Positions 41,055-54,689 of a stretch of DNA of 64,000 nt are shown in pieces. Both the position numbers and the translations under genes were made by a program. The stretch is from Felis catus. Its lineage: Eukaryota. Numbering within the stretch: the first letter of the stretch is position 1; each line of letters opens with the position of its first letter. The stretch covers positions 216,878,001 to 216,942,000 of the forward strand of contig NC_058368.1 in assembly GCF_018350175.1 (NCBI RefSeq), read 5' to 3'. Under the pieces are notes generated by a model that was given only the letters and a program-made list of their open reading frames with translations, was not told where the DNA came from and made no database searches.

Positions 41055-41382
41055 ATAGTTTGTAAGGGATGCTGCAACAAAGAACCTGGATGGCTTACAA
41101 AACCAGAGTCTGAGATCAAGGTGTCAGTGAGATTGCCCTCTTCTGTGGTCCATGAGGGGAGAAGGTATGTGTTATGTGTCTCTCCTAGCTCCTAGTAGCT
41201 TCTGCCTTGTAGACAGTGCTTCTTTTTTTGTGAGGTCAGCATTTATACTGGATTAGAGTCCATCCCAAGAATCTTATCTTAACTGGATCATCTGCAAATA
41301 TTATATTTCCAAATAAGGTCACATTCGTAGGCACCGGACACTAGACCTTTTAAATCTTTCTGGAGACATAATTCAATGACAA
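41055..41382 (-). mobile_element. MLT1-type MaLR LTR
   Basis: gagtctgagatcaaggtgtcag and catctgcaaa...tttccaaataaggtcacattc motifs. Confidence 0.8.
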
Positions 41383-42293
41383 TGTCATTGTCAATGTCAA
41401 TTCAATGTCAAATGACAATAACCTCTGCCATTAATCGATTTCAATTACTTACATTTGGTTTTTTGAGTGAACGGAAATAAAACCTTTTTGCAATGCTAGT
41501 AATTTGGGAAGTATTCGTGATTTTTTTTCCAGAGATATTTTTCCCACTGGCCAAAATAAATTTTAAAATGACCAACTAAATACTATGGTACTTACAAGTA
41601 TAATAAGGCATTCTTGATCTCAAATTTAGGGTGGCTTCAAATGGATTAAGCTTAAATATGTGAATATATAAATAAAAAGAAATAGAACAAGTCAAATATT
41701 GAATAAAAGATGATGCTTGATTAAATGCTAACTAAATGTAATAGATATTAGCTATAAGAGTTAAGAGAAGAACATGATTCTTTTTTAGCTGGACTTAACA
41801 GCTAATTTGATAGGAATTAAACTAGAAAGTGGAGACTGGATGCATTTTTAGAAAGGCAAAAAAAAGTAAAAGAAATTAATGGGTAAAATATTAGATACGA
41901 GAAAACAAAACTTGAATTTAGAGAGTAATAACCTACTCAATTCATCAAAAGCACTTTTCTGTCCCTATAAGGTACACTGAGAAGTGAATAGAAGTGTATA
42001 GGCTAAGGAAAAAGTGAATCTCAATGCCAGACAGAAGAGTTAGGTTAATGGTGAAGTAGAAATTGTTTTGACTCCTAACTGGTACATTCAAATCCATCTC
42101 TTCACTTGTATGAGTTATGAGGTCTTAAAAAAGTAACCTATAATTCTAAGCCTTTGTTTACTTTAATACATGCATACATGCATACACACATACATGCATA
42201 CATGCATAGATACAAAGGGTTGAGTACCTTGCAAGTTTGGTTGGAGTTTTGCCCATGGAGGAGTAAAAGTGACTTAAAGAATGATGTAATCTT

Positions 42294-42486
42294 GTATTGC
42301 CTAGGTGGCACAGTCAGTTAAGCGTCCAACCTCGGCTCAGGTCATGATCTCACAGTTTGTGAGTTCAAGCCCCACATCAGGTTCGCTGCTGTCAGCACTG
42401 ATTCCACTTCAGCTCCTCTGTCCCCCTCTCTCTCTGCCTTTCCATAACTCCCACTCACTGTCTCACAAAAATAAATAAATACAGCA
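42294..42486 (+). mobile_element. CAN-SINE
   Basis: TSD aaagaatgat(g/c)taatctt. Confidence 0.94.
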
Positions 42487-42599
42487 AAAGAATGATCTAA
42501 TCTTTAAAGTAACAATGACTTTTTTTTTTTTCTTTTTGATATCTGAATTCCATCTTGTCCCAGTGCCTTTGCCTGTGCTATTATTCTCTTGGCTTCTGT

Positions 42600-42900
42600 C
42601 AATATTGCCCCAGTCTTGTAAAATTGTTTTCTTTGCATTTCTCAGTGCTCAGCTTAAATATTACCTTCTCAGAGAACTGTACTCTGATTACTTTCCTTTC
42701 TTTTATTCTTTAATTTCAGTTGATATTCAGTATAGAAAAGATCAAAAACAATAATTATTTAATGCTTATTTATTCTTTGCTATGTCTTCCACTAAACTAT
42801 GATTTATGAGACAAGGACCATATTGTTTATGTTCACTATTTTTACTTCTAGTTCAACAGCAGTATATAAAGCAGATAAATATGTTTACATGAATGCATTT
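42600..42900 (+). mobile_element. L2 3' relic
   Basis: ctcagcttaaatattaccttctcagaga and ccactaaactatga...gacaaggacc motifs. Confidence 0.6.
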
Positions 42901-42999
42901 AATTTTAGCTATTATTGTTTTGTAGATAATATAAAACTGATTTGGGGGGCACAGGTAGCATGAAACTCAATAAATTATGTGTCTTATGCTATGCAGATG

Positions 43000-43000
<1 letters not shown>

Positions 43001-43050
<50 letters not shown>

Positions 43051-43054
43051 TATA
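43001..43054. repeat. (TA)n microsatellite
   Basis: Direct reading. Confidence 0.98.
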
Positions 43055-43253
43055 TCCTAACTCCAACTTTGAAGTTGGACACTGACATTCATAGAAAGAC
43101 ACAGCACAAAAACCACAAGCATTGGCAGGTGGACTTACAATCTTGGAGGAAGTAAACTTTGGTCATCATCAAGCAGTCCCTGCATATATTCCAAATGGTA
43201 TCAGAACATTCACTTAAGCTCTCAAGGTGCACAAATATATATCTTCACAATCA

Positions 43254-43653
43254 TAGCATGGTCAGGGGATTCCAGAAAAATAGAACAAATAGGATATGTG
43301 TACATATATAGAGAGATTTATTTTAAGCAATTGGCTCATATGATTGTGTGAGGTTGGCAAGTCCAAAATCTGAGAGGAGGACAACATTTGGGATACTCAG
43401 GAAAGAGTTACAGTTCCAGTCAAAAGCCAGTCTACTGGCAGAATTTCCTCTTGCTTCTCGGCTAATCTATTCAGGCCTTGAACTAACTGGAAAGGTCCAC
43501 CATGTTGTGGAGAACAATATGTTTTACTCAAAGTGAACTGATATTTATAAATCTCATCCCTAAACACCCCCATAGAACGTCCAGAATAATGTTTATTTCA
43601 AATGTCTGGAGATAATGGGCAAGCCAAGTTGATACAGAAAAGTAGCCATCACA
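43254..43653 (-). mobile_element. MLT2-type ERVL LTR
   Basis: gagagatttattttaagcaattggctca...ggcaagtccaaaatctg; ends aagttgatacagaaaagtagccatcaca. Confidence 0.85.
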
Positions 43654-44283
43654 ATGTCAATCACAGACTCAACCATGGAGAGTGAGGAAGCAGAACCAGG
43701 AAACAGAGGGGAGCAAGACTTGAAGGAGTTTTATATTTCTTTTCTTTTCTAGACTGTGAAGATTAGCACCTTTTCTCTTGCCTATTTCTCTTTAAAATAT
43801 GTCACCATCTACAGTAGCAAATATTTGAGGGATTCTAAAAAAGACTCAGAAAGGTGAGTAACAAAATTCCTACATACATCTCACTTAAAAAGCAGGAGAT
43901 AATCTTTAAATTTCCATTTTCATCATTGAAACCACACAATCTGTCTCTCTCACTGTAATAAAGTCATTGTGAATACAGGCACTTTTTACTTGTCATTGTT
44001 GTATTTTCAGAATCGAGTACAATGACTAGTATATGGAAAGTTTAAAAGCAAAACAAAGACTAAAAACCATTGAGTTAGTAATGAATGATAAAAGATAATA
44101 AGATTTGCTCCCTAAGGCAATATAACATAATACAAATATTTAATATTAAAATCAGCCTCATAGTAATGCTTGTGCATATTCCAATCAACGCATCAAAATA
44201 GAAATTCAAGACACACCCAAGAATACATAAATATTGAACAAATAATTCAAATCAATAGAATTGTTCAAAATTGATATTAACAT

Positions 44284-44508
44284 TTTATTTTTTTTTTAAT
44301 TTTTTTTAAAGTTTATTTATTTTTGGGACAGAGAGAGACAGAGCATGAATGGGGGAGGGGCAGAGAGAGGGAGACACAGAATGGGAAGCAGGCTCCAGGC
44401 TCTGAGCCATCAGCCTAAAGCCCGACGCGGGGCTCGAACTCACGGACCGCGAGATCGTGACCTGAGCTGAAGTCGGACGCTTAACCGACTGAGCCACCCA
44501 GGCGCCCC
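44284..44508 (-). mobile_element. Young SINEC_Fc
   Basis: CpG-rich and near consensus; TSD atattaacat (44274-44283 and 44510-44519). Confidence 0.97.
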
Positions 44509-44649
44509 AATATTAACATATTTTAAATACAATTAGCAAAATACTAATGGAAATAGGAAAATTTGAGCATTTAAATGTTCAGGATACCATGCTAAAGATT
44601 GTATAAGTATCTATTTGTTTCTTTAAGTACATCAGTATTATTTGGTTTG

Positions 44650-44754
44650 TTAGGATAGATTTCTGGGCCCCATCTCAGGATTCTGATTAATAGGCTTCAT
44701 GTGGGCTCAATACTTTGTATTTTTAACAAAAAGGCACATTTGAGAATCACTGGC
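44650..44754. mobile_element. MER5A-like hAT relic
   Basis: ctgggccccatctcagg-attctgatt...tgtatttttaacaa...tttgagaatcactgg. Confidence 0.65.
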
Positions 44755-44937
44755 ATATATCAATTGTGATAAATTTTTCTTTTAAAAAAAAAGCCTTAAT
44801 ATACATGAAAAAACCCACATTGTTTTCTCTCATTAAATATGTCTAATATCAAGACATTAGTAAAAATTGTCAACATGCTCAAAACTATCTGGTATTACCC
44901 AGGATGTTGAAAATGCCATAAGTATAATTATTTTATA

Positions 44938-46180
44938 CAGACATAACTCATTGCTCTTTACTTTAATGCACTTCACAGATACTGCATTTTTTACAAATTG
45001 AAGATTTGCAGCAAGATTAAGTTGAGCAAGTCTATCAGCACCATTTTTTTTCCAACAGCATTTGGTCCCTTCATGTCTCTGTCTCATTTTGGTAAAGTTT
45101 TTTCATTATTATTATATTTCTAATGGTGATGTGTGATCAGTAGTCTTTGATGTTACCATTGTAATTATTTTGGGGTGCCCTAAATGGTGCCCATAGAAGA
45201 TAGCAAAGTTAATCGATAAATGTGTGTGTTCTGACAGCTCCACTGACCGACCATTCCCCATTTCTCTCCCTCTTCTTGTACCTCCCTCTTCCCTGAAACA
45301 CAATATTTGAATTAGGCCAATTGATAGCCCTAAAATGGCCTCTATGTGTTCGAGTGAAAGGAAGGACCTTATGGATCTAAATCAAAAGCCAGAAATGATT
45401 AAGCTTAGTGAGGAAAGACATGTCAAAAGCAGAGATAGGCCAACAGCTAGGTATCTTGTGCCAAACAGTTAGCTAAGTTGTGAATCCAAAGGAAACGTTC
45501 TTGAAGGAAATGAACAGTTCTACTCCAGTGAGCATGGAATGGTAACAAAGCAAAACAACCTCACCAATGATATGGAGAAAGTATTAATGGTATGGATGGA
45601 AGACCAAACTGGCCACCATATTCCCTTACACCAAAGCCCAATCCAGACCAAAGTCCTGACTCTCTCTAATTCCGTGAAGGCTGAGAGAGGAGAGGAAGCT
45701 GCAGAAGAAAAGTTGGAGGCCGGTGGAGTTTGGTTCAGGAGGTCTAAGGAAAGAAGCCATCTCCATAACCTGAAAGTGCAAGGTGAAACACCAAGATCTA
45801 ACACAGAAGCCCGAAGCAACACTAAGGCAGGACCCTCCACCAGCAAAAGGATTGCAACACCCTGAAAACCCAGATGATGGTTAGCATCTTTTAGCCATAA
45901 AATATTCTTTCATTAATGGACACCGCTCTTTTTGTACATTAGTTTGCTCTCTTCATGTCTCTGTGTCACACTTTTCACAAAAATTAATTTGCATATTTAA
46001 TTATGCACCTTAGTTATAAGTATATAATGCTATTAAACATTTCATAGGATACCGTCTAGCGTAGACCTAACTTTTATATGTACTAGGACACCAAAAAATG
46101 TATTTGACTTGTTTTATCACAATATTCACTTTATTTCCGTGGTCCAGAACTGAAACCATAATATCTCTGAGGCATGCCTG
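44938..46180 (+). mobile_element. Internally deleted Tigger1 DNA transposon
   Basis: ta|cagacataactc... and ...gaggcatgcctg|ta ends; ORF 45539-45865 encodes a Tigger1-type CENP-B HTH segment ([20 protein letters not shown]...WFRR); DDE domain absent. Confidence 0.92.
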
Positions 46181-46831
46181 TATCTGAAATGCAGATTGGC
46201 TTAATTTGATTCTACCAATTTTTTTAAAATTGACTATACAAGTCTATCGTTGATTGTTAGCTGAATGATGTTATCAACAGATTTGTTTCCCTTGTTGATA
46301 ATGTATTCTATGCATGATACTACATTTTATTGTTTTATTCTTTGAGTTAAATCTTAAACATAATATTATGCCTTCTGGAAATACACACCCCCCCCCCCAG
46401 AATACATATGTAAGAGTAGAGGGATTATTATAGGGCAACTTTCATTGAAAACACCTTTATTCCTTTGCATTTCAAATACTTGTATCTAGTACTCGTTACT
46501 TGATTCATGACAAAGATTCTCTTTCTTTTATAAAAAGGATAGTTTTTTTTATATCATTTACTATCATTATCTTTTGCATTTCTATGGTTAAAAATGGCTT
46601 TTCTTGGAGATACTGATATTTATATGCAATAATTTGAATCTAGTGTTTAAACTAAATTTATTTTATTATATCACCGAAAATAAAGTAGATCATTTTTTTA
46701 GCAAATATAAACTACAATATTACCTAGAAGAGGTAATTAATTACAAGGTGTTTGAAATGACTTTCTGAATAAATGATTTTAAGTTTTGTTTCTTTTCCTA
46801 CTTAACACTATCATTTTAAGATACATTTACA

Positions 46832-47040
46832 GGGACTCCTGGGTGGCTCAGTTGGTTGAGCGTCTGGCTTCGATTCAGATCATGATCTCACGGCTTGTGA
46901 GTTCAAGCCCCGCATCTGGCTCTGTGCTGACAGCTCAGAGCGTGGAGCCTGCTTCCAATTCTGTGTCTCCTCTTTCTCTGACCCTCCCCGACTCATGCTC
47001 TGTCTCCCTCTCTCTCTCAAAAATAAACAAACATTTAAAA
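46832..47040 (+). mobile_element. CAN-SINE
   Basis: TSD aa(g/a)atacatttaca. Confidence 0.95.
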
Positions 47041-49668
47041 AAAATACATTTACAATTACTTAGTGACAATTAGATAACCATCATTTATACTTTTTTCTTT
47101 CAGGTTGCAATAATATTGACAACATTGTAGTTATATAGTTCAAGATTAACACTATCTCCTGGAATTCAATGTTTGTTTCTGAATGAATGAAAGATAATTG
47201 TAGCAGTAATGTTTATAGTTTAAAATAAATAGTTTATATGTGACAGTTTGACCATGTGTCCTCATGCAAACCAAGGAACATTTTTGACAAGAAAGTTTCC
47301 AAGGCAGAAATATTCACATTTTCTTGACCAGTGAGTTAGCACACATAGAGGAGGGCTTTCAGGATACAGAACCCCATGCTTTGACTTGATTCACTCAGCA
47401 CCTCAAGTTCATAGAAGCATCCTGTCAAAAACTCTACATCCCTTTTTAAACTATTTTTCATGTAATTTCAGCAAATATGGCTAAGGAATAACAGCATTAC
47501 TTGGAAATGCCATTTTCAGATTTCTCAGTTATGCTCATATATTATTTAAATCCTTAAAATGCCTTACCTCAAAAGGGCTTTCATTTCTATAACAGCTAGT
47601 AATACAAAATGCTTATGTATAAAATTATATCAAGAATATTTATTTTAACATAGTTCGAATACAAACCTTAAAAAATTAAAAGAATTAGATTTTACAGAGG
47701 ACTCACATAACAAAAGTTGTTTGGATTCTGGCTTGCTTTTAGAAACCTCTGACTTTTTTTTTAATTTTAATTTAAATTAAGCTTCCCATTATGACAGCAC
47801 TTTACTTTGAAGTGGGATTTTTTAATGTCAAGAAGCAAAATCATCCCCCAGTTGGTTGACAATTTATTAAGCAAGAGGTCTCAGGAGATTAGCACACATA
47901 ATATTATAAGACATAATGTCATAGGGCTTGTCATTACAAAACAAACAATTTAATGTGGATCAGAATGAATTTCGGTCCTCTCTTTTAAAAACTCAGAAAA
48001 AGCTTTCAAAAAGATAATATTTGGCATTAATATGAATATTTGTATACTCTCTTCTAAGAAAAAATACTGTCCATTAAAATTTACAAATATGTCAGCATTA
48101 AAGGCTAGGCAAGTAAATAAATTTTGGCCATGTTTGTACTGTTAAAAAGAAATAAAGTGGAAAAACATCCTATCAGGTGATGTATGTTACATGTCTTTTC
48201 CATCCCAGAATTTTAATTGTCCCTCACCTTTTCCTATGGCCAGTATTATGCTCACAATTTTGTCATAGTTGATTACCAAGCATCCTCTAAATTTACAATA
48301 AATTGGTTTTGATGATTAGTATAGTTGACGTTTCATTATATTCACGTAGCAAGTTGAAGACTTAGGCTGAAATATAATTTGAATTTGAATGTAGGAATGA
48401 TTGAATTGCATAGGCAAGTATTGGGCTATTATGTTGTAGCAGATCTTTCACTGTTAGGTTTGGTAAAGCAAAAATTCCAATATAAAGTTGAATCTTAAAG
48501 TATACATATAAGATGTTACCTAGGCTTTACTAGAAAAAGAGATAAATTGGGAGGAAAAGCATAAAAAAGGCAGAGATACCTACGTGGTCTCTGGTGTTTA
48601 CATTGCCTCAGTTAAATGTCAGTCTTCAATTTCCTTATATGCAGAATGAAACTTTGAAAGCTTATGTATAGCTATTAACATATTATATAAAACAAATTTA
48701 TGAATGATTATTAAAATTATTGCCATTTGAGTTATCAATTAAAACACTTTAACTAAAAGTATATTTCTGAATATCTTAATCAATAATGAATACCTTTTTT
48801 TAACATAATCCTATTCAAAAAGGAAGTAGTGTTTAAATATAGACATTGACCTTTTCAGTAACTATGCACCATTTTAAATTATAAATTCAGATCTTAATAA
48901 AATGGCATTATTAATTCTACAATTAACTCTATAATTCTATTGGTGATTACTACTACCCAATGTAACCGTGATATCAAATCAATTCTACACTCTACGCGAA
49001 TGTACAATTAGAATGGATCTTTCCTTAATTACATACTTATCAAATTATATGTGCATTTATCTGGATGTACATTCAAACGGAAACATCATATGACCAGTCA
49101 CATATATTGATTGTGACCAAACGCAGTTAAAAAATTCATTAGATTCTAGTTAAACACATTATTAATTTATTATTAATTATTAGTATTTATTATTATATAT
49201 TATATGAATATTATTTACATATTAATATTATTTATTAATATTATTGTTAATATTGTTTCTATTATATAGTATTAATGTATACCAGAAAATTACTTTATAA
49301 AAATTTTTATTATGAAATATATGAAAATAAACTAGCAAAAGTAATTTCTATATACATTTACCTAAGGGGAAATGCCATCCTGCACAACAGTCTTGATATA
49401 ATGGAATTTAATGAAACTCACTTAGCAAAATAAAATTAATAGACTATACCAAAGAATGCAGTTGCCAGAATCCAACGAGATAAGAAAATATATAAAAATA
49501 TGCTATAAATCTTAAGTCACTATAGAAATTAAAATAGTAATTTCTATATGTTTGAAAGATCTATGTGTGAAGTTATACAGTTTTCTGCTATAGTTAGTAG
49601 GATTATAGTCAAAATACTGACTTAGTTAAATGAGCAATTGTAATTGTGAAATTGAGACTCTCATTGTA

Positions 49669-50106
49669 TGTGATGGTTAATTTTATCTATTAACTTGACT
49701 TGACTCGGTAAGTGTCCAGATATTTGAGCAAACATTCTGGATATGTCTGTGAGGATATTTCAATGATATTAACATTTGACTCAATAAACTGAGTAAAGTG
49801 GATCGCTCTTTTAATGTGGGTGGCCTTCCCCAAATCAGTTTAAGGCCTTAATAGAACAAAAACACTGACCTCTCTTAAATAAGGGAGAATTTCTCTTGTC
49901 TTTGGACTTAAACTGCAACATTAGTTCTTTCTGGATCTCAAGTTTGCTGGCCGTCAGACTGGAACTGCACCATCAGGTACCTTGGGTCTCCAGCTTGCTG
50001 ACTCACCCGCAGATATGGGGACATTTCAGCGGCCATAATCACTGAGTCAATTCCTTATGTACATTTTGTTGCCCTCCCCCTACCCCAGGGAACCTTGAAT
50101 AATACA
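49669..50106 (+). mobile_element. MLT2-type ERVL LTR
   Basis: Starts tgtgatggttaattttat; contains gggtctccagcttgctgactcacc; ends gaaccttgaataataca. Confidence 0.88.
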
Positions 50107-51439
50107 CTATAAATGTCACCCTTAAAAGGATGAGAAACGTTCTTTAATAAACTTTTATTTTCCCGGATCTTTAGCTGTTGCCTAGTAAATGAATGTTTGT
50201 TGAGTGAGAAATTCTCAGATCAATACATTTCTTATTGTTATCACAAATTTTCATGTAACTTACTACCAATAGCCAGTGATGGCAACTCTTATCATGTATT
50301 CTCTTTTAATTTTGTATTCAATTTGTCCTAATACAGTAAGATTGACAACATTATTAATATGTAAGTGAAGAGTTCCAAAACAGTTTCATTTCTATAAAAT
50401 TATATTGTACTTTGTATTATTAGCTCTGTAAAGAGTATAGAATAAACCTTAGAGCTGGTCTAAGGACTTTTCTGTATGATTCATGGAGACTACTAAGAAA
50501 CTGACCCCTATTTTCCTTTTATAACCTTAAATTTGGGAATATACTCAGCTCTGTTACCCTAGAAAACCTTAATCTGAAGGATGAAAATTTGTTTATTTAC
50601 AAATATGTTACATAATTAATTTTAGATGCCATGTTGCTATTGAAAAACTTTGGCACTAGAAAGTACACTGAACAAGAAAAAGAAGCCTTTAACACATAAT
50701 CCACTTCTGTAATATGGCTGGAATTTAAAATAGATTTCTGCATTTCCAGAACATCTGACAGACTTACTTCCGAAGGCATTATCATCCACAATTGTTCAGA
50801 TTTAAAAGATAGTAGATTACACTTCCTTGTATAGCAAAACATGGAGCTACTTTATCTATTTTTTATTGTAATTGAGATAATTTTCTTCAAAATTCTATGG
50901 GCTAAGTGAAATTTACTTGAGTAACCTTGACTTAATTGGTGGAAGGCTTTTCAGCAATAACAACTTTAAATAACATTATTTAAAACTGTGGTAATTGATA
51001 GGTTAATTGTTATTACATATGCTTAAAACATCTAACATATTAAATATCAAAAGCATCCAGGGTATAGGAATGGTAAAAAACAATTTGTAAGTCTAAAGTG
51101 TAGACATTACTTTTAGAAACACAATAAGAAAAGAACTTTTAAAAATAATTTGATTTTACAGAAGAGAAAACTAATGTGTTAGAATGAGAGATTGTGCTCT
51201 ATGAAATTTTACTTATGATTTTTTTTCTGAAATGGAAAAAAAATAAATTTGTGTAAGAGCTGATAGGATCCAACAGAGAGAGATATCTTGCAGACATTGG
51301 TGACAGAAGGAATAATGGATGGAAATGTGTTTGAGAGCACAGAAATTAAAGGAATACGGTGAACATATTGAAGGCTTATCTCTAGCCCTGAGGAAGACAT
51401 CTCGTCCACTGCAGTTGTTGGCAAAAAGCAAAGGGAAGT

Positions 51440-51897
51440 GAGCCATATTTTCAGTTGTCAGTTAAGCTTCTCTCCTAGCAACTTTTGCAACTCTCCCTGA
51501 TATCATACAGACTGGAAACCGGAGAACAATTGTTCTGGGAATTCTTACTAGTATAATGCCAGCTTAGATTCTGCCATCAAGGGGCATTTGCATATTACAT
51601 AGAAATTGGAAGCTGGAATTGTCTTTTAGCAGCCTTGGAATATCATGAGGAGAAAGGAAGAAATAAATTTTTGTCCTGATTCTGAGAATATTCTTGAAAA
51701 TAATCTGCTTTAGGGTCACCTGTGGCAGCAATCACTGATGTAGCTTCTTCAGTTTCTGAAACCAGAGGCATTTTACTGTCCTTTAGTCCATTAGTTCCTC
51801 CATTGGTTTGTCAGTACATAATTACCTATATATCATTTCCTCCAGTTGAAAGACCTGGCACAATTTTTGCTTTCTTGACTCAAACTTGACTGATACT
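51440..51897 (+). mobile_element. LTR33-like ERVL LTR relic
   Basis: gactggaaacc...ttagattctgccatc; terminal tttcttgactcaaacttgactgatac. Confidence 0.5.
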
Positions 51898-54585
51898 GCA
51901 CAAATGCATTTATAGTTATGGTGGCTGAAATTTGGAGCAGTTTCAATACGAAGTGTAAGAAACAAATTTAGATGTAAAAAGGAGGAGTTAAATACTTTTT
52001 TTGTAAATGATATTTCCCTGCAAAGAATAAGAGAAAAAAATCAACTTGGCAAATATGATGTAGCTTAGCAGCAGTAGAGACTAGATGCAGTGAATATATA
52101 GTGACCATAATGTAGGTTTTTTTTTCAGTAGTAATTAGTTTTCCTAGAATAAAAGTAGGATAAAGAAAATAATGGGTTAAGAAGGCCAACAGAGCAAAAT
52201 GAATTAAGAACAGTGGTTGCAATGATAGATAATAGTCAGAGGAAGTAGATTTTCCTAAGGGACAAGTACGGGTATTGTAAAAATAACCAAATAAGCGTGT
52301 CGGAAGCATTTAGAATTATTTAGATGCATTTAGAGGTTTTATACTTTTTTCCATGATGAAATGATTTGGAGGGAAGGAAAAAGCCTATGATGTTGCCATT
52401 CTTTTGATGGTTAAGCATATTCTAGGCCAGTTGATGAGATAAAGGAGTAGAGACGTAGATTAATCAATCACGTAGGATGGTTATGATACTTGTGTAACTG
52501 ACCCTATGGGCAGAAATATTTGTGAAAGAGGTATGTGTTTTAAGCCTTAAACAATTAATTCTGGAACATACTTCTGGAACACAACTCACTTGTTCCTGAG
52601 ATGTAAACGTGTTCCAATAAAATACATTGCAATTTTCTTCTCAGTCCTTAACCTTTATTTTACTCTGTGGACCTAAAAGATTTATTATCTTATTCATATA
52701 ATTTACTTCTGGGTACAGTCCAAGGAATAGGTACTTGTTACTATAGGCAAGGATTTCTAATTTGCTTTTTAACATTTTGGGTGGGTTTTTTTTTTGCTTT
52801 TTTCTTGTTCTTACTTTTAATAAAAGCCATTTCTGTGGCACACTTTCCATCTTTCTTCACTCAATGGCAATGAGGTCCAAGTTATTACTTTAGCATTCTA
52901 AATTATTAACTGCAACTTGATGAACTGAAATTAAATGAATAATAATAAACTATATGTGGTGAATTGCTTTATAGTCTAGACAGATGTCGGGTCATAATGA
53001 CCATGCAAAATGTTAAGGGTCTATTAATGGCTGAAATACTATTATAAGAATATACATAATCAGAATACAAATATGAATATATGAGCTTTTCTTTATAGCA
53101 AATGTGGGTTTTTTTGTTTTGAAAACTGTTATCACAATCAAATCAATCACAATACACTCAACAGCATTGTTCAACCACCTATAAGAAGACATGGCTACTT
53201 CTTTCACTAAACCTTATAACATTTATTCATTTCATCTGTCCTGTGAAGTTCTCATGATATTTCCATACATACAAATAATAGGTTTACCAAATACATCCAC
53301 CAGAGTATAGGGAAAACTATTGTATCAAAGTTCAAATAATATAGCCACATAAATTAAAAGAAAGGTTTTCTTTTTCATTGTCCTTACTCATTTTACTCTT
53401 CACTCATTTTACTCTAGTGACAGGCTGGAGTAAAACCCAGCAGCATAGTGAGACTCAGTTCCAGTTTGTTATTCAGAGATCAAGTTTCCTTCACCACACC
53501 TCAGGACATTTTCCTAGTCTGCATAGTTGAAGCTAGGTTTTATATACATATATACATGTACATATACATGTATATATGTATGTATGTCATAGGGGTAAGT
53601 TATATACGTATTCTACACATAGGACGGACAAAAAAAAACAGAAAAGGAGGGCAAACGAGTTCATTTTATGCAAATAATATGGTAGAAAATTTCTCTTTCA
53701 GTCAGATCATATTGGCATGACAAAACTCCCCCAGATACTTCTGATCGGGAAACACAGTTTCTGATTACATGGTCATATATCCAGCAAAGACTGTAAGGAG
53801 GAAGAAAGGATTGTAGGATGGCCTAGACATTGGCCACACCAAGATCCCAGGTTAGAAAAGTGTACTCCTCAGTCATGGACTAGAACTATCCCTCTCTATG
53901 TTTTACCTAGGAGCTCATCAGTCTTGTCTTTATTCTGTATTTCACAAGTTTAGGTACAATTGAAACTTAAGTAATACTTAGTAATATAATAAATAGTACT
54001 TAGTTCCTATTCCACTTGGTTTTCCCATCAGCTATCTGACATTGGGGAACATATAAAACCATTTGATCTTTAATTTCCACATGTGCATGCATATTCAAGT
54101 TAATAGAAATTAATTCATAAAATTATATGACTTAAATGACATAAAATGGGTAAAGCATCTGGAAACTTAATAAAACCCTACAAATTTCCTAACTTCCTTT
54201 AGTCTCATTAACAAAATAATTCTTATATGATGCAAAATTCATCCCAGAAACTTATAGGCATTTAAATTCCCACAAATTCTTAGAAATATATCACCTTTTT
54301 TTTTTTTAGTTGCAAGGCCAAATTTGCCTAATAAAGAGTCAAGTAATTGTGTGGGAATATGAAATGATGTAGTAATTTTCCCTTGCATTCATGTAATTAT
54401 TTGTTCTACCTTTTTTTTTCTGGTGGATTTTTACCCTCAGATTTGCTCACAAGTGTCTGGAATACACCATTCTACTTTAGAGAAAAGAAGTTAGAAGCAG
54501 TATATGAATCCTTATGAGCATATTTTCACCAGTAGCAAAAAAAATAGAATGAACTCCAACTTCATGATCTCTAATGAAAAGAGTT

Positions 54586-54621
<36 letters not shown>

Positions 54622-54689
54622 CGTATTGCCACACAAATGCTTCATTAAAATGCATTAATAATACACACTTTTTCATTTTTTTCTGATTT

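Noticed and set aside
45539..45865. Domesticated TIGD/CENP-B-like gene
   Set aside because: The ORF lies inside a TIR-bounded, decayed Tigger1; the upstream frame is disrupted and the catalytic domain is deleted.
6085..47073. Recurrent ORFs containing AQSLEPASDSVSPSL or ERGRGRERGR
   Set aside because: Translations of CAN-SINE copies, not a gene family.
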